From: Flectonema sp. DT1601
Taxonomy: Eukaryota
Direction of reading: 5' to 3'
NCBI GenBank assembly: GCA_964019425.1
Contig: OZ025782.1
Span: forward strand, 1,612,001 to 1,676,000
Length of the DNA: 64,000 bases
In this document: piece by piece, positions 23,155 through 36,139 of the stretch
Position numbering within the stretch: position 1 is the first letter of the stretch
Layout of the letters: each line of letters opens with the position of its first letter
Program-made: the position numbers and the translations under genes
Notes under the pieces: model-generated
Database searches by the model: none
Seen by the model: the letters and a program-made list of their open reading frames with translations, nothing else
Told to the model about the DNA's origin: nothing

Positions 23155-24930
23155 ATGCCATCTCGTAAGAAGAAGGTCGTTAAGTCTAAGCGTAAGACTG
23201 AGGAACTTGATTTAGACCTTCACGGTATTGACAGTGATGAGTTTGAGGAACCAATCAAAAGAAGTCGATTAGACGACGAAGACGCGGACATCATCTTCAA
23301 CGGAAAGAGAAACATAATTCCAGAAGAAGACTACACAGATGTCAGAGGATCAGTTTATAAGATAGAAGGAAAAGACGAAGACGCTGGTCTAGGAATTCGC
23401 GACAAAGAAGAAGAAGACGCTGCTAAAGAAGAACAACAAAAGCAACTTTTAACAATGAATATGGATGATTTCATACCAAACGATTTAGCTACCGCAACGA
23501 AGAAGAAATCTGTCAGAAAAGATGATCTGAACGCTCTAACAAAGTTCCTTGAACGAGCAGAAGATCAGGTTATCAGTGAAAAGGTTGCCGTTGACTACGC
23601 CTCCCTCACCGAGGACGCCAAGCAACGTCTTGTTCGTCAGGAATTCCCTGAAGTCGCTTCAATGATTACCGATTTCAAAGAGAAACTAGACTACGTGAAA
23701 AGCGTACTGTCTCCTCTTATAGACAAGGTCCAAAGCGGTCTGCTTCCTACCAACGAGGGAGTTGGATTTCTTGAGTTGAAGGTTTGAATTGTTATTTTTT
23801 ATTTTTATTTTTTAAGTATCATTCGTCTACAAGAAGTCAACTAAATAAAACAAATCAACAGATGCATTTATTCATTACTTACTTAATGAATCTAACCTTT
23901 TATCTACTACTGAAGGTTGAGGGAAAGCCTGTTAAGAATAACCCTGTCGTGAAGTATGTCATTTGAGGAGTTTTTGTTGTCAAAATCAATAACAATAACC
24001 AATAAAATAACAATCAGGAAATTGATAGAACTCAGAGCCTACATTGACAAGTTGAAACCGATTGAGAAGAAGCTACAATACCAAATAAGCAGATTGTTAA
24101 GCAAGGCTGCTCTTCAAGAATCTGGTGTTGCCGCTGGAGATACCGACAAGGCGAACTTGACATCTTTAGCAGACGTAACGGAGGAGTTAGGCGACACATA
24201 CACCGCTCCTAAGGGAACTACGAGAGTAATTGACAAGGCGGCGAAGAAGGCTAGAGAAGAACACATGGAATCTTTATCTGGAAAGAACAGACAGACAATG
24301 GAAGAAGGAATGATGAAGAGAGCAGTTGGAAAAGGAAAAACAGCGACCCTACCTGCTGAAGAAGGCTTTGGAGAAATAGACTCTGGAATAAGTGGAACTC
24401 TATTAGATAATAAAAAGAGTGTTATGTCTCGAGTAAAGCAAGGCTTTCGTGTACTTGACGAAAACGACCTTTCCGACCTCGAAGAGGAAGCCGAAGAGAG
24501 TTCTGAAGACAATCTAACTAGCGAACCAGAAGAAGAAGATGCTTCTGAAAACAGTGATGAAGAACGTGCTAAAGTATTCTATATGGAGGAACTAGCTCGT
24601 AAGGAATCCGCAAAGAAGTCAAAACTTCGTGCTGCCAACGCCTCCCGCGTTGATCGCAAGGCCTCAAAACAAAAGGAGTCCTTCGGCCGTCACGAAGGAG
24701 AACTTGTCGACGGACACAGAAAAATTTCACAAGAAATTACTACCAACAGAGGTCTTGTACCTGCTCGTAACAAGAAATTTAAGAACCCTCGAGTGAAGTC
24801 TAAGTTCCGTGCTGAGAAGCTTGCGACAAAGGTTCGCTCACTTGTAAAACCTATTAAGAAACCACTCACTAAATATCAAGGTGAGAGAAACATAAGAACT
24901 GACGTAATCAGAAGTAATACACTCTCTTAA
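23155..24930 (+). CDS. UTP3: Sas10/Utp3 small-subunit processome protein; exons 23155-23781, 23862-23953, 24018-24930
   Basis: Acidic N-terminus. Sas10/Utp3/C1D region (FLELK^MHLFITYLMNLTFYLLLK...LIELRAYIDKLKPIEKKLQYQI). Sas10 C-terminal motif (RKISQEITTNRGL...KNPRVKSK...YQGE). GT-AG introns 23782-23861 and 23954-24017 restore the frame. Confidence 0.9.
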
Positions 24931-25429
24931 GGTCAACATTTACTGACCAGTTTGTTAAATAGCGAGCAGCGTGGTGATGGAATTAACTGACTACAGTCTG
25001 CGTCATGTGTAGAATCAACATTGACCAGTCAACAGGTGGCTTTATTCCGATTCCACAACGGATGACAGGAAATAGTAAACGGCTACTGCATCGTAGGAAG
25101 ACAGAAGGCACTCTGAGATTAAATGTTTTTAAAATATTTGATCACATTGTTATTAATCGTTCTTGTGAACAACCCCCGTAGGTAATACACCTTGCATGGA
25201 GAAAGAAAAAAAAAAAAAAAAAAAAAAAAAGAACAGTTCCTCCCACCTGACGTCCTCCATCCCCAACCCGTTTCTTATCAAGCTTCACATCATTACGTTT
25301 TATATGTGTATTTATCAGAGTTTAGGTATTTGTTGTTTTGAAAAATGAGATTTAAATTAATTCCATCTCCTCATAATAGTAACTTCTTAGGATGAAAGAA
25401 GGAAGACACGACAGCCTCACGATAATCAC

Positions 25430-26329
25430 ATGAGTTCAATATTGATACCAAAACTATTATTATATTTATTATCGGTACTGCTAATACCTAATGTGGTGGA
25501 TTGTAATACTTGTGGAACACGACATACTATCGAAGTAGATGACAGAGAAGTGATGTACCTAATCTCTTGTGGTGACGACAATGACATCACAGGAACCTAT
25601 CCATTAGTAGTATCCATGCATTGCTATGGAGGACGTCATTACAATGAAATCGATAGATACGAGAGCATCCTATCACAGTATGGAAAAGCTATATTAGTAT
25701 CACCACAAGGAATGGGTCGTAGCTGGAACGCTGTTGAGTGTTGTGGGACAGCTGCTGCACATAATCTTGATGACGTTGGGTTTATTGATAAATCGATAAA
25801 TGAAATAATAAAAATAACTAACGGAATCCACAACGGACAGATAGCTACAACTGGTTTTTCAAACGGAGGATTTATGTCAATGCATATGACCCAGTACTCT
25901 TCTCATAGAATTGTTGCTGCTGCTTCGATGTCGGGATACAGATATGAACGACCTATCAAATCAACACCTGTCCTTCTTCATCATTCACTTAATGATGATA
26001 AAGTTTTATCAACTGGGTGCTGTAGTACATCAGTTTGTTGTTGTGGTATTTCATCAAGCAGTTGTCGTTCTATTTCTGATTGGTTTCTAATGTGGTCATC
26101 AATAAACAGCTGCATGCCCTCAACAAGAACAGCTGTAACTATGGACATGACATGCCAGTATTCTGATTGCTTCACAACAACAATCTTATGTAAACATAAC
26201 TATCCTGTACACTTTGATTGGGCAAAAGGATCACCAAATCTGTCTGTTGAGAAAAACATCCTTCGTTTTATATTTGATGAATTTTGCAAAGATCTGCCTG
26301 GTTGCTATGTGAAACAGCACTCACCATAA
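25430..26329 (+). CDS. Secreted alpha/beta-hydrolase, LpqC / PHB-depolymerase-like esterase
   Basis: Signal peptide. PLVVSMHCYGG, WNAVECCG...DDVGFI, nucleophile elbow GFSNGG, LHHSLNDDKV, terminal His region. Confidence 0.8.
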   Translation: MSSILIPKLLLYLLSVLLIPNVVDCNTCGTRHTIEVDDREVMYLISCGDDNDITGTYPLVVSMHCYGGRHYNEIDRYESILSQYGKAILVSPQGMGRSWNAVECCGTAAAHNLDDVGFIDKSINEIIKITNGIHNGQIATTGFSNGGFMSMHMTQYSSHRIVAAASMSGYRYERPIKSTPVLLHHSLNDDKVLSTGCCSTSVCCCGISSSSCRSISDWFLMWSSINSCMPSTRTAVTMDMTCQYSDCFTTTILCKHNYPVHFDWAKGSPNLSVEKNILRFIFDEFCKDLPGCYVKQHSP

Positions 26330-26466
26330 GCAATGCCACTAATTCTTCTGTGTAATATAATATTCCTTTTTTTTTTTTTTTTTTTTTTTTTTTTGAAGTT
26401 ATTTTTACAACAATTACACAGTTGTTTTTCATTAGCAAACTATTTCATTTAAACAGCCTGACTAGA

Positions 26467-27624
26467 ATGTCTGTTGTGACTTCTGCAGCTCCGTTGGTAC
26501 CATCCTGCGTATCAGGTGTCAGTGCTCGCAGCTCATATGCTGGTACAGCTATTGGAATGGTAAGAGATTTGATAAACAGTAAAAAGTATCAAATTAGAAA
26601 TCAATTCGTAGACGGGACAGCCACCGTCGAGGAAGCTAAAAAGGTTCTTCATGAAATCCTAAAAATAGATGAAAGGATCCTTCATAAGGTAATTGAAGAA
26701 GCGAATCCAGTCGACGGTCGTATTCTAATAAAGAACATCGGAAAGGGTCCAGAAGTAGAAGACCAACAGTCAACAAATGATCAAAAAAGATACGAAGAAG
26801 GAGTTCTAAACAAGTCTATGTCAATCATCCTAAAGAGATGCAAATCCCAAGTCGGACTCGGAAACAAACGTCCCACCAATATCTTAGGAAAATTACAATG
26901 CGATCCTCCATATGCTGTTTTAGGTGATACTGAGAGAATGTTAGCTTTGGAATCTGCCAGTTTGTCATTCCGCACTGATCAAATTAGAAACTTTTTTCGA
27001 AAACAATTATCATCATATCCCGAAGAGCATATTCCACATAAAGCATTTTATAATACTCTCTGTAAGCTACTACAAGCGTCTCATCATCCTTCTTCATTAG
27101 CATTAGATCAGATATTAGATACTATGAAAGTATTAGATTCTAACAATACTGGTTTTGTTAGTCTAACAGAGTTCTTAAAGAAGTATAGTTTAGAATTGTT
27201 GAAGAAACCTTCAATGAGAGTTACTCTCGGAAGAGAAAATCCACTTCGTTGGTCAGGAGTGCCGCAGGTATCCAAAACGGAACCTGATGAGCAAAAGCAC
27301 CCTCACCCACCCAGACCTCCACCAAACTACATGAGAAGTTTACGATCATCTGGTCGTTGTAATGGTCTTCGTTTGGCTGATAGTCAATGCCTCAACCTCT
27401 CACTTTCTGAAATCTCACGTAGAGATGGTATTCGCAAGGGGAGATTACAACCTCAAAAGATAACAAAACCGCCTTCTGGCCCTAAACCCCACCGTAAGCA
27501 CATCCACAGCCACAACAACAGCCGCAGCGCATTGCAAAAGTATCGCAAGAATGCCAAACAGAGCACTGACCGACGATGTTTCAGTGCTGGTCATTCCTCT
27601 GCAAGAGTCCCAAATATGAGTTAA
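26467..27624 (+). CDS. Hypothetical protein with an EF-hand
   Basis: Long ORF, first ATG at 26467. EF-hand-like loop LDSNNTGFVSLTEFL. Confidence 0.7.
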   Translation: MSVVTSAAPLVPSCVSGVSARSSYAGTAIGMVRDLINSKKYQIRNQFVDGTATVEEAKKVLHEILKIDERILHKVIEEANPVDGRILIKNIGKGPEVEDQQSTNDQKRYEEGVLNKSMSIILKRCKSQVGLGNKRPTNILGKLQCDPPYAVLGDTERMLALESASLSFRTDQIRNFFRKQLSSYPEEHIPHKAFYNTLCKLLQASHHPSSLALDQILDTMKVLDSNNTGFVSLTEFLKKYSLELLKKPSMRVTLGRENPLRWSGVPQVSKTEPDEQKHPHPPRPPPNYMRSLRSSGRCNGLRLADSQCLNLSLSEISRRDGIRKGRLQPQKITKPPSGPKPHRKHIHSHNNSRSALQKYRKNAKQSTDRRCFSAGHSSARVPNMS

Positions 27625-27894
27625 TATTAATCAAACAGCGACTACCGTACCTTCTAACTTGATGCTTTGATTATTCTCAGATGAGCAACAGTTACTTGTT
27701 ATCTGATGTGATGTGTTTCCTTTTCGTTTTAAGAAGTGCAGGACAGTTTCCACCGTCTTATTGTACTCGCGCGTTTGTTTTAAGAAAACCTAATTAATAC
27801 TTAACACTTGATTACTGTAAGGGTTGATGACTTTATTATTTCATTGTTTACTTTCATAACAGTCTCTGTTGAAGTAGTTGATTAAAACAAGAAG

Positions 27895-30800
27895 ATGGTT
27901 TCGGGCAATGACCCGCTGGTGTACACCAGAAGTAAGATACCTCTGAGTGAGGAGGTAGACTGCATGAGAGTAAAATTACTACGAGAAGAACACAAAAATG
28001 TTGTCACAGATGCTCGGGTTCGAGGACGATGGAAAGATGACAGAGCACCGCGACATGAAAGCTGGGAAACCATCGGAATGATGAGGGCGGAACAGAGAAG
28101 ACCTCTGAGCGCTCCGATGTTAAGAAAGAAAATTAACTGCAGCAACTCAACAGATAACGTGAATAAAATTATTAAAAATAACAGCACTCGAATTCTAAAC
28201 ATCGCAATGAAACCAAAAAGACGCGTTCTAATAGAGGAGTCAAATATTTCACCCCTCAAACATCAAACGAAATCAACTAGTCCGAAATCTCTCCCGGAAA
28301 CCCTTTTAAGATTTCTAAACAGCAAAACTAATTCATTAACGCAATGCTGTTGTAGTGTTTTCGACTATCTGAAGGTAAGTGATTCAGCCAAGGCTGAAAT
28401 CCCTGAAGAGTGGTACAAATTAGTAATGAGGCTCTATGATGTAATCTTACCAGTGGTAATGGCTGATCCTCCTGACTGTTGTGTTTCTTTAAAAGAAAAT
28501 ATGACAGCGGATGAGATACTATCATGGATTGATACCAGGATCAACGAAGTTAAAGACTCAATGTTTTGGAGAACCGCATGCACAGAAGGACAGATTCGTG
28601 AAACCCTACTTGGTCAGGTAGCATCCAGAGACTTTAAGAAGTACAGAGTTAACAAATTAGGTGCAGCAAAGAGCAACGCTGAACCGAAATTCTTATCATC
28701 ACAAACAAACGAAATGACGATGAGAATGACGATGAGAGGATGGAAAGAATATTCCTTCAGAAGGTCGAGGTTGAGAATGATGTCTGAAAACCGAATCATC
28801 AAATTAATTCAAAATAATTTAGTAAAAATAACATTCATCCGCTGGAGGACTTATTCCTACAGAGAATCCACATCAAGACTCAACTGCACTAACGACAGTC
28901 TTCTTCAAAGTCTTCAGTCAGCAATCGATAATAACATATCAATACACAAACAACTTCAGAAAACTCAATACGTAAACAGAGAGATAAGATCAACGTGTGA
29001 TATGTTCGAATATCGTTTTAACGAATTAGAAAATCAACTGACAGTCAGAAGTGCGAAAGATAACAATCTTTTATTCGATTTATCAAAACCTGTTACTGAT
29101 CTTGATGGAAGCATTCTATCAACGGGAATCTTATCGTTCTGTAGACCTGACTTATCAGCGTCTGCAGTTGGAGTAGCAGGTGGAAATAGCGGATCTTCTA
29201 ATGTACAACTTGATGCAGATCCTGATTACTACACTGCGTGGCTTATTCGTGGGTTCCCCACTGTTAGAAGGGACTGGATTCCAAGAGAAGTACTCCTCCT
29301 GTGGGTGAATCACGTTATAGATGAAGCCTTTAAGAACCATTCAAATAAAACTCAATCGGCTGTCCTGATGCCTCAATCGGTGTTGACGATTTGTAAAAAT
29401 AAATTATTAAAAATGTCATCGCTAAGTGGAATAAATAAAGGTGTTCCTCACCCTGACAACATCACAACGATAGATGACTTGACTGTCGATACGTGGGCTG
29501 TTCTGCTATCGTGTGTCGCAGGTAGGGCATTGCTTGAATCGATAAAAGAAACAACTACTTCCCATGATCACACCAAAACCTTTGAAAATTGTTCTCAAGA
29601 AACACGATTTTGTATTGTCTGGAAAACTCTTGAATTGGTTGGAGTCGTTCAAGATGCTAACCAAGACAATTTTAAGAATAAAAATCATTCAGAAATAACT
29701 TTAATATTATCAAAGCTACTGTTGTATTTTGTAACTATGAAAATTATCCCCGAAGAAGACGCACTGACCAGAACATGCAAAGCGATTAGCGTTACTGATC
29801 CTTACAAACCTCTTCCTAATGTCATCCCCGCTATTAAATTGGAACATTTAATATCAGAACCTTTATTGCCATTGAAAGAAATTTCAGAAAATGAAAAATT
29901 ATGTGATGCGGTTCTGTTGTGGGCTTCCCATCAGCTTCAAGCTGCTCAATCGTATTCAAGGAGAGTACGTCCACTGATGACTAATACATCTGAGTATGGT
30001 GTTTTTGATTCTGATTCGATTAATTTATCTGCTGATTGTTGTGAAAAAAAACCGAAAATAAAATATTTTTGGTGGACAGATGATACTCCATCATGGGACG
30101 ACATCGAACCAAAGTACCGCTGCACATCTTTTTCATCAATCGACACACTTTGGAAATTAGTTCTGATAACACAGTACACTGTGAAACCTTACCTTACGGA
30201 TATCCCTTTGTATCTACCGCTGAATCAGCCTGGAAATGAACAGCAGCAAGCATCTTATTTATATGAGTGTATGTCTATTATAAATGGGAACTCATATTTA
30301 TATAATCCTTTGGATCCTGAAATCTTATCTGATGGTGACATTGATGTCAGGATGATGTTTCTCGTGTCGTTGTTTCTCGCAGCATGGGGACGGTTACGCC
30401 ATGAGTCGGGAGGCGCTTCTATCATACCATACAATCATTCACAAAGTATGAGATCTAGGAAGAAAAAGAAACAAAAATCGAATAGAAAAACACTTGCAAG
30501 TCACCGTCAGGGAATTAAAGAAACTAACAGCAACATAGAACAACTATCGCCAATACAAGAAAACCCAGTTGATTCTTTGGGTACTGAATCACTAGGTAAA
30601 TATGCATCAGAAATTGTTAAGGACAGCTCTGTTCAGATATCGTGGTTTAACTCAACTGCGGGAACTGATATTTCTGCGGAGGCTAACGTTTCTGGAGATC
30701 CGCAAATTGGAATTCAGCTTCCCGAAAACCATCCTTCACATAGGTTTGTTGAACCCAATTCGAAAGCAATGAATGAAATTACGAAAGTAACTAATCGACT

Positions 30801-31806
30801 GTCACCAGACTCTACCGAAACACTCTTATCAAAGTTACTAACATCTTGTTCAGGATGGCTCACATCAATGTACATTGCGTATTGTGGCAATGATTTACAC
30901 CTCGGATTTGGTGCAGTTGCGGCATTACAATTTTCGAAAGACTGTTCTATGTTAAGTGACCCGTCATTTTGTTCTGTTTTGAGTGAAGTTACTCACCAGA
31001 CGTGTTCTGTTGATGGCGGTACCAGAATCATGTCCTCTGATTTTACCATTTCAAGCCAATCGTTCACAAAGCGTACTCAGCTATCTTCTGATCAAATATA
31101 CGAAAGTTTCACAAGAGCATATGAGCAATGCAGTTTTCCAATTACATATACAAACAGATCACAAGTAAAAGATATGATTAGCGTTGTTAAGAAGAAAGTT
31201 GTAAAGCTTAGGAGGTGTTTAGGTCTCACGGGATTTATATATTTTCTAATGGACGTGGTCGGATGCTCGTCTGAAGATGAAACGACTGTTAATAATCTGT
31301 ATGAGCTATTAACCAATCAAGTCATTCAAGCAAAGACAAGTTCTTCAACTGTAATAATATCTCAGTTATATTCATCTGAGGGATCGATAGTGATGCAAGT
31401 TATCGGAAACGCTTTATCTGATGTCTTTGAAAAGCATTCTTTATGTCCAACAACAACTCGTTTATTAGTTGATAGGAGAATGTCACGAATCAGTGTTGTT
31501 GAGTTGTTTGAGAAGGTTAGGATCATTCCTGAAGTCGTTCCTGAGCAAAACTTTTTAAATCAACTTTTATTTATCTTTCAATTGTCAACATCTTCTCCTG
31601 TCTGTCAAAAGCCTTCAGCTGTGTCACCAGAAGCCAGTACTCTCGATGAGTGCTTTATCGATTACGCTGCCTTTACAGAAATTGTATTCACTCTTTCGCA
31701 ATCAGTTGTGAGAAATCCGTACATCACGTCAGTCGTTCAGTTCTTTCATTTTGTGATGCATTCGTTCCTTCCTAGATTCCAATCGGTTGATAGACTGGAT
31801 AAATAA
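27895..31806 (+). CDS. Large hypothetical protein (1303 aa), possibly cytoskeletal/flagellar
   Basis: 3.9-kb uninterrupted ORF with a coiled-coil stretch and calponin-homology-like helices (LLLWVNHVI, VLLWASHQL). Function tentative. Confidence 0.75.
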   Translation: MVSGNDPLVYTRSKIPLSEEVDCMRVKLLREEHKNVVTDARVRGRWKDDRAPRHESWETIGMMRAEQRRPLSAPMLRKKINCSNSTDNVNKIIKNNSTRILNIAMKPKRRVLIEESNISPLKHQTKSTSPKSLPETLLRFLNSKTNSLTQCCCSVFDYLKVSDSAKAEIPEEWYKLVMRLYDVILPVVMADPPDCCVSLKENMTADEILSWIDTRINEVKDSMFWRTACTEGQIRETLLGQVASRDFKKYRVNKLGAAKSNAEPKFLSSQTNEMTMRMTMRGWKEYSFRRSRLRMMSENRIIKLIQNNLVKITFIRWRTYSYRESTSRLNCTNDSLLQSLQSAIDNNISIHKQLQKTQYVNREIRSTCDMFEYRFNELENQLTVRSAKDNNLLFDLSKPVTDLDGSILSTGILSFCRPDLSASAVGVAGGNSGSSNVQLDADPDYYTAWLIRGFPTVRRDWIPREVLLLWVNHVIDEAFKNHSNKTQSAVLMPQSVLTICKNKLLKMSSLSGINKGVPHPDNITTIDDLTVDTWAVLLSCVAGRALLESIKETTTSHDHTKTFENCSQETRFCIVWKTLELVGVVQDANQDNFKNKNHSEITLILSKLLLYFVTMKIIPEEDALTRTCKAISVTDPYKPLPNVIPAIKLEHLISEPLLPLKEISENEKLCDAVLLWASHQLQAAQSYSRRVRPLMTNTSEYGVFDSDSINLSADCCEKKPKIKYFWWTDDTPSWDDIEPKYRCTSFSSIDTLWKLVLITQYTVKPYLTDIPLYLPLNQPGNEQQQASYLYECMSIINGNSYLYNPLDPEILSDGDIDVRMMFLVSLFLAAWGRLRHESGGASIIPYNHSQSMRSRKKKKQKSNRKTLASHRQGIKETNSNIEQLSPIQENPVDSLGTESLGKYASEIVKDSSVQISWFNSTAGTDISAEANVSGDPQIGIQLPENHPSHRFVEPNSKAMNEITKVTNRLSPDSTETLLSKLLTSCSGWLTSMYIAYCGNDLHLGFGAVAALQFSKDCSMLSDPSFCSVLSEVTHQTCSVDGGTRIMSSDFTISSQSFTKRTQLSSDQIYESFTRAYEQCSFPITYTNRSQVKDMISVVKKKVVKLRRCLGLTGFIYFLMDVVGCSSEDETTVNNLYELLTNQVIQAKTSSSTVIISQLYSSEGSIVMQVIGNALSDVFEKHSLCPTTTRLLVDRRMSRISVVELFEKVRIIPEVVPEQNFLNQLLFIFQLSTSSPVCQKPSAVSPEASTLDECFIDYAAFTEIVFTLSQSVVRNPYITSVVQFFHFVMHSFLPRFQSVDRLDK

Positions 31807-31911
31807 TTATTTTAAAAAAAAAACATTTACACGTAATTTTGTTGATTTTAATTTTATTATGGAATCTTATTGTTTTTAATTCTTTTTCTTTTTCCCCTTA
31901 CAGCCGCTGAG

Positions 31912-34900
31912 ATGGCAACAGCAGCAGTACCTCCACCTTCTCTAGATGAAGATATTTTAGTATCGCCGTCGTTTACTTCCTATTCAGAAGTTGGATACGA
32001 TGCTCAGGATATCGCACTGAGACAGTCGTTATCTCATAGTATGGTTATGGATGAAGATAGCACTAGTCATGCATCTCACATTGAGACAGAAAATGTAATG
32101 TCAAAGCTCTTATCTGTGAAGCTAGCCATCGCTATTTTATGTCTACTGAGTATTGCCGTCAGTGTCTCTGTTACTACTGTGCTTGGTACAGTCGTTTGTG
32201 ATGATGCTCTTGATGACACGAGAGAGTCAGCCAGTAATGCAACTGGTGAGTGTTTTATTGAAGCCTCGAACAGTTTAAATAAAAAAGCAGAAGATCTATT
32301 AGCCTATTCATCAACTGCAGTCAGTCTCATAGTCAAGTCATACTTTCAAGGGTTCTATCCCGAAATGACTGGACTGGTTACACTACTCAGCGAAACTCAC
32401 AGAAATGCTAACAAAACAGATTGGAATGGATGGTGGTGGCCACTTCGCCACGAACTCATCAGGACTGTTGTTGCTAAGGAACCATATGGTCTTTCTTCTT
32501 ATGGTTTTCAGTCTCCAAATCAATTACTGTTTGTTATAAAAAATGATGGCTATCCCCTCTCAATGACTCACAATAATGGTAGCATAGAGATGCATGACTA
32601 TTCCACTCTTGGGCTTATTAGTAAACAAGGGGAGTACGTTTTTGTTTTTGCTCCTTATCCTTTGGTTCCAAGAAACAGTACGACTTGGAGGATTATAGCG
32701 GATGGCTTGTTTCCGTTGAACACACCGATATGGACAGGAATTCAAAATACGTCAACATTTGTAGCAATTAGTTTGACATATTACTATGTCGATCCAGGGA
32801 GTGGTATTCCTATGGAGGTGAGAGTTACTGCTTCAACTCCAAAAATTTCACGTTTTTTGAGAGAAATTTCCGCAGACACACTCAACGAAACAGGCGCCAA
32901 TATATACCTGTTTCTGACTATAGGATCTACATGGGTGGCAGATCGCTATCGTGCCCTCAATACAGAAGAAGGTAATAGACTTGCTAATGTATATGACCAA
33001 ACAGGGTACCTTACAGGTGTATCTCATGGAGATGAAACAGTTAGAATGCAAAGTCCTGTCGACCCAACACAAGGCTTCACTCAATTATTGAAAGATCACG
33101 AGGCAACTGATCCAGTCATTTCTGGTATCGCGAGGAATATTTCTAATCAATACTCAGAAGGTATTCAACCTCGATCGTATTCTAATATCACAGACCCAAC
33201 AGACATCCAAACATATGTTACTCACATCAAAAGAATAAGATTAGACGGTATTGACTGGTGGTTGGTAACTGGCATCTCATCTGAATTCGTTTTCGGTGAT
33301 GTTCAACGAGAACAAGTTTTAACAAAAGCTCGTCTTGACAGAGAGCAGGAGGATGTTGAAGATCGAACTACGAAATCTCGTATGCAGCTTATATTTATTA
33401 TTGTAGCTTTGGGTATTGTCTTAGTTATGATCGCATTCATTTCTGTTCACTTTATATGGAACAGCACTATGTCTCTTAATCTTATGATGCAAAAGGTTGC
33501 TGAAATGCAACTTGAAGAAGTCTCTTTTAGCTCAGACAAAATATCAGTTTTCAACGAAGTCCGTCATATGCAAAAAGCATTTCAAAAAATGGTGAAAACA
33601 CTGAAAGAATATCGAGCATACGTTCCGACTGCAGTCCTCTTGGGGGCTGCTCCTACAGTACACGTAGAACCACCAGGGGGTAATATTGCGTTAGTTTTTA
33701 CTGACATCGTATCTTCAACTAAATTATGGGCGTTGTCGGCATCAGCAATGAACACTGCTCTGGAACTGCATAATGAAGTAATGCGTAAAGCTCTTACAGA
33801 GAATCATGGTTATGAAGTTAAGACAATCGGTGATGCATTTATGGTTGCATTCACTTCTGCGACTGATGCGATGAAATTTTGCTTTCGAGTGCAGAAATTG
33901 TTATTAAGACAAACATGGCCACGAGAACTAGAACTCCACCCAGTCTATTCTGATGTGCAATGTAAACAACTTATTTGGAGTGGTCTTCAAGTCAGAATGG
34001 GATGTCACTACGGTGAGGTCATCTCTGAAGAGAATCCTTTAACTGGTAGAATTGACTACAGAGGCTCAACAGTTAACATGTCGAGTAGACTTGAGGGTAA
34101 AGCATTACCAGGAACAGTTTGTATATCTGACAGTCTTCAAAAGATAGTAATGTCTGAATTACAAAAACTTGGTAATCCAGTTGTTCGTCCTCATGGAGAA
34201 CACACTTTAAAAGGATTAGGAAACGGTCATCAACTACACTTGACAGTACCCAAAGCTCTTGGTGACAGATGTGGTACAGAAGGAGGAGGAGGAGGAGCTC
34301 CTGCTCAGTCATACGAAATGATGGTGACATCAATAACACCTAGTGGATCTATAGGTAGAATACCAACAGACCCTTCACAGATATATCAGTGTGATAGCGG
34401 TACTCCACGTAGACACTCAATACCTCAACTCCCCAAAGCCGTTGAAAACAGAAGGCCGAGCATCGGAACTGATAAAAGTAACGGATCAGACCTTGCAAGT
34501 TATAAAGGGCAAACTCCTCATTTAGCTGTTCCTAAGAAAACAGGTCTTTCACTTGTTAGTTCTCAAGTAACAGTAGCAGTGTGTAAGTTAATAGATAGTG
34601 ATCCAAAGAAGATATTTGAACACTGTAATCTTCTAATTAGAGTAGCTGTTGAATCAGCGTCGTACACTGATGGAGTAGTTGTGAATGTAACTGGTAGTCA
34701 GTTGATCATCGCGTGGAATGCTTCAAAGAGTTGTAAAATGCATGTTGCGTCAGCACTTCGATTCTGCTGTCAACTCGAGCGTCGAACAGAAACCATCACC
34801 AGGATTGGTGTAGCTACTGGTGATATGCTTCATGGCAATGTTGGTACTCACAAACAACGTTTTAACACAACTTTTGGAAGACCACTTCAAGTCGCTGAAG

Positions 34901-35503
34901 CTGCAGCTGAACAAGCCTTCGACTTCGACACTTTTTGCATTTTTGCCGATTGCACACATGACGGAAAACTACCTCAAAACACGTCACTTTCTCCATTTCT
35001 CCGAACTATTGATATTTGGCTTGACGTGGAGCTTCAAAGACAATTCAATTTATATGAGGTACTAACTTCTAAGCTGACCGCACAACTAGAAGACGCCTGG
35101 GCATCTACTAGGGGGTATGTGTTCTTTTTTTATTACATCAATCGAGATAATAAAAGCTGATCATCTGTTATCTATTTAAATTAAAACAGAGAAGACAGTG
35201 AAGTGGTTACCCACAATAATGCTGTTAAAATGGTTTTATCAGGTAAATCTGAAGAATTAGAAAAGCTTCGGTTACAACAGGGAATGCACACTGAGGATAA
35301 AATATTGAGGGTATGTGTTCTTTTTTTTTTATCGCTTAGTAATTTTTTTTTTTTTTCTCTTAAAAAAAAAAAAAATTAAAAATCAACACAACAAACAGAG
35401 GGTTATAGAAATGCTGAACGACCGACTTGCAGAAACTGAACGTCCACTAGCAGGTTACCGTGTTGGCGTTACTTTTAATAGCTCTCCCCATACCATTTCG
35501 TGA
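31912..35503 (+). CDS. Receptor adenylyl cyclase (TM, extracellular sensor, TM, HAMP-like, AC, degenerate AC); exons 31912-35114, 35190-35310, 35399-35503
   Basis: Two TM helices flank a ~400-aa ectodomain. Motifs FTDIVSST, YEVKTIGDAFM, IDYRGSTVNMSSRLE. Introns 35115-35189 and 35311-35398 give an in-frame C-terminus homologous to the 42304 gene. Confidence 0.9.
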
Positions 35504-35916
35504 ATAATTTAATACCACAATTGCTTGCAGCAACTGAGGGAGTGTGTCCACTATTTATGTTTCCTCTCCGTTCCCTTTTTTTTTTTTTTCTTCTTTTTCG
35601 AAAAAAAAAAGAATCAATTTGTCTTTTCTGATTTGTTATGTTTTGGTTCATCGTGTCGTTGATTTTAAAAAAAAAAAAAAACAAAAAAAAAAAAAAACAA
35701 ACAAACAAACCACCCATCATGTAGGCAAAATGTCACTTATAATCAAGTGCATTTAATGCTTATTGCTGTTTTGATGCATCACTCGGTGTTCTTTGGCTTT
35801 CAATCAATTCGGGGAAAAAAAAAAAAAAAGGTTTTCTAGCACATGTAGGGGATAGGCATCTGCTTCGCTGAAGTTATTTTGTTAGTGTTCCCTGTTGGTG
35901 GCTGTGATCTAAAAAT

Positions 35917-35949
<33 letters not shown>

Positions 35950-36038
35950 CTGTTTTTTCTTCTTCTTCATTCTATCTTTTGTGTCTTAGAGACGTGCGAT
36001 TGAAAAAAAAGGAGGAACAAAAAAAGCATTTGTTTTTT

Positions 36039-36139
36039 GCATTTAACAAGTATTGTAAGAACGAAAAAGAATGTTGGCAGCACACGTAAACCTCCTTTAG
36101 CTTTATCAGTTTAAGTCGGTTCACGGTTTCGTGCACAAA
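36039..36139 (+). repeat. ~100-bp repeat B (second copy 38800-38893)
   Basis: gcatttaaca...tgtaagaacgaaaaa...cagcacacgtaaacc...taagtcggttcacggtttcgtgcacaaa occurs in both. Confidence 0.85.

Noticed and set aside
24114..24512. Antisense ORFs inside real genes (also 52064-52492, 54816-55061, 985-1344)
   Set aside because: They are shadows of the sense-strand codon usage.
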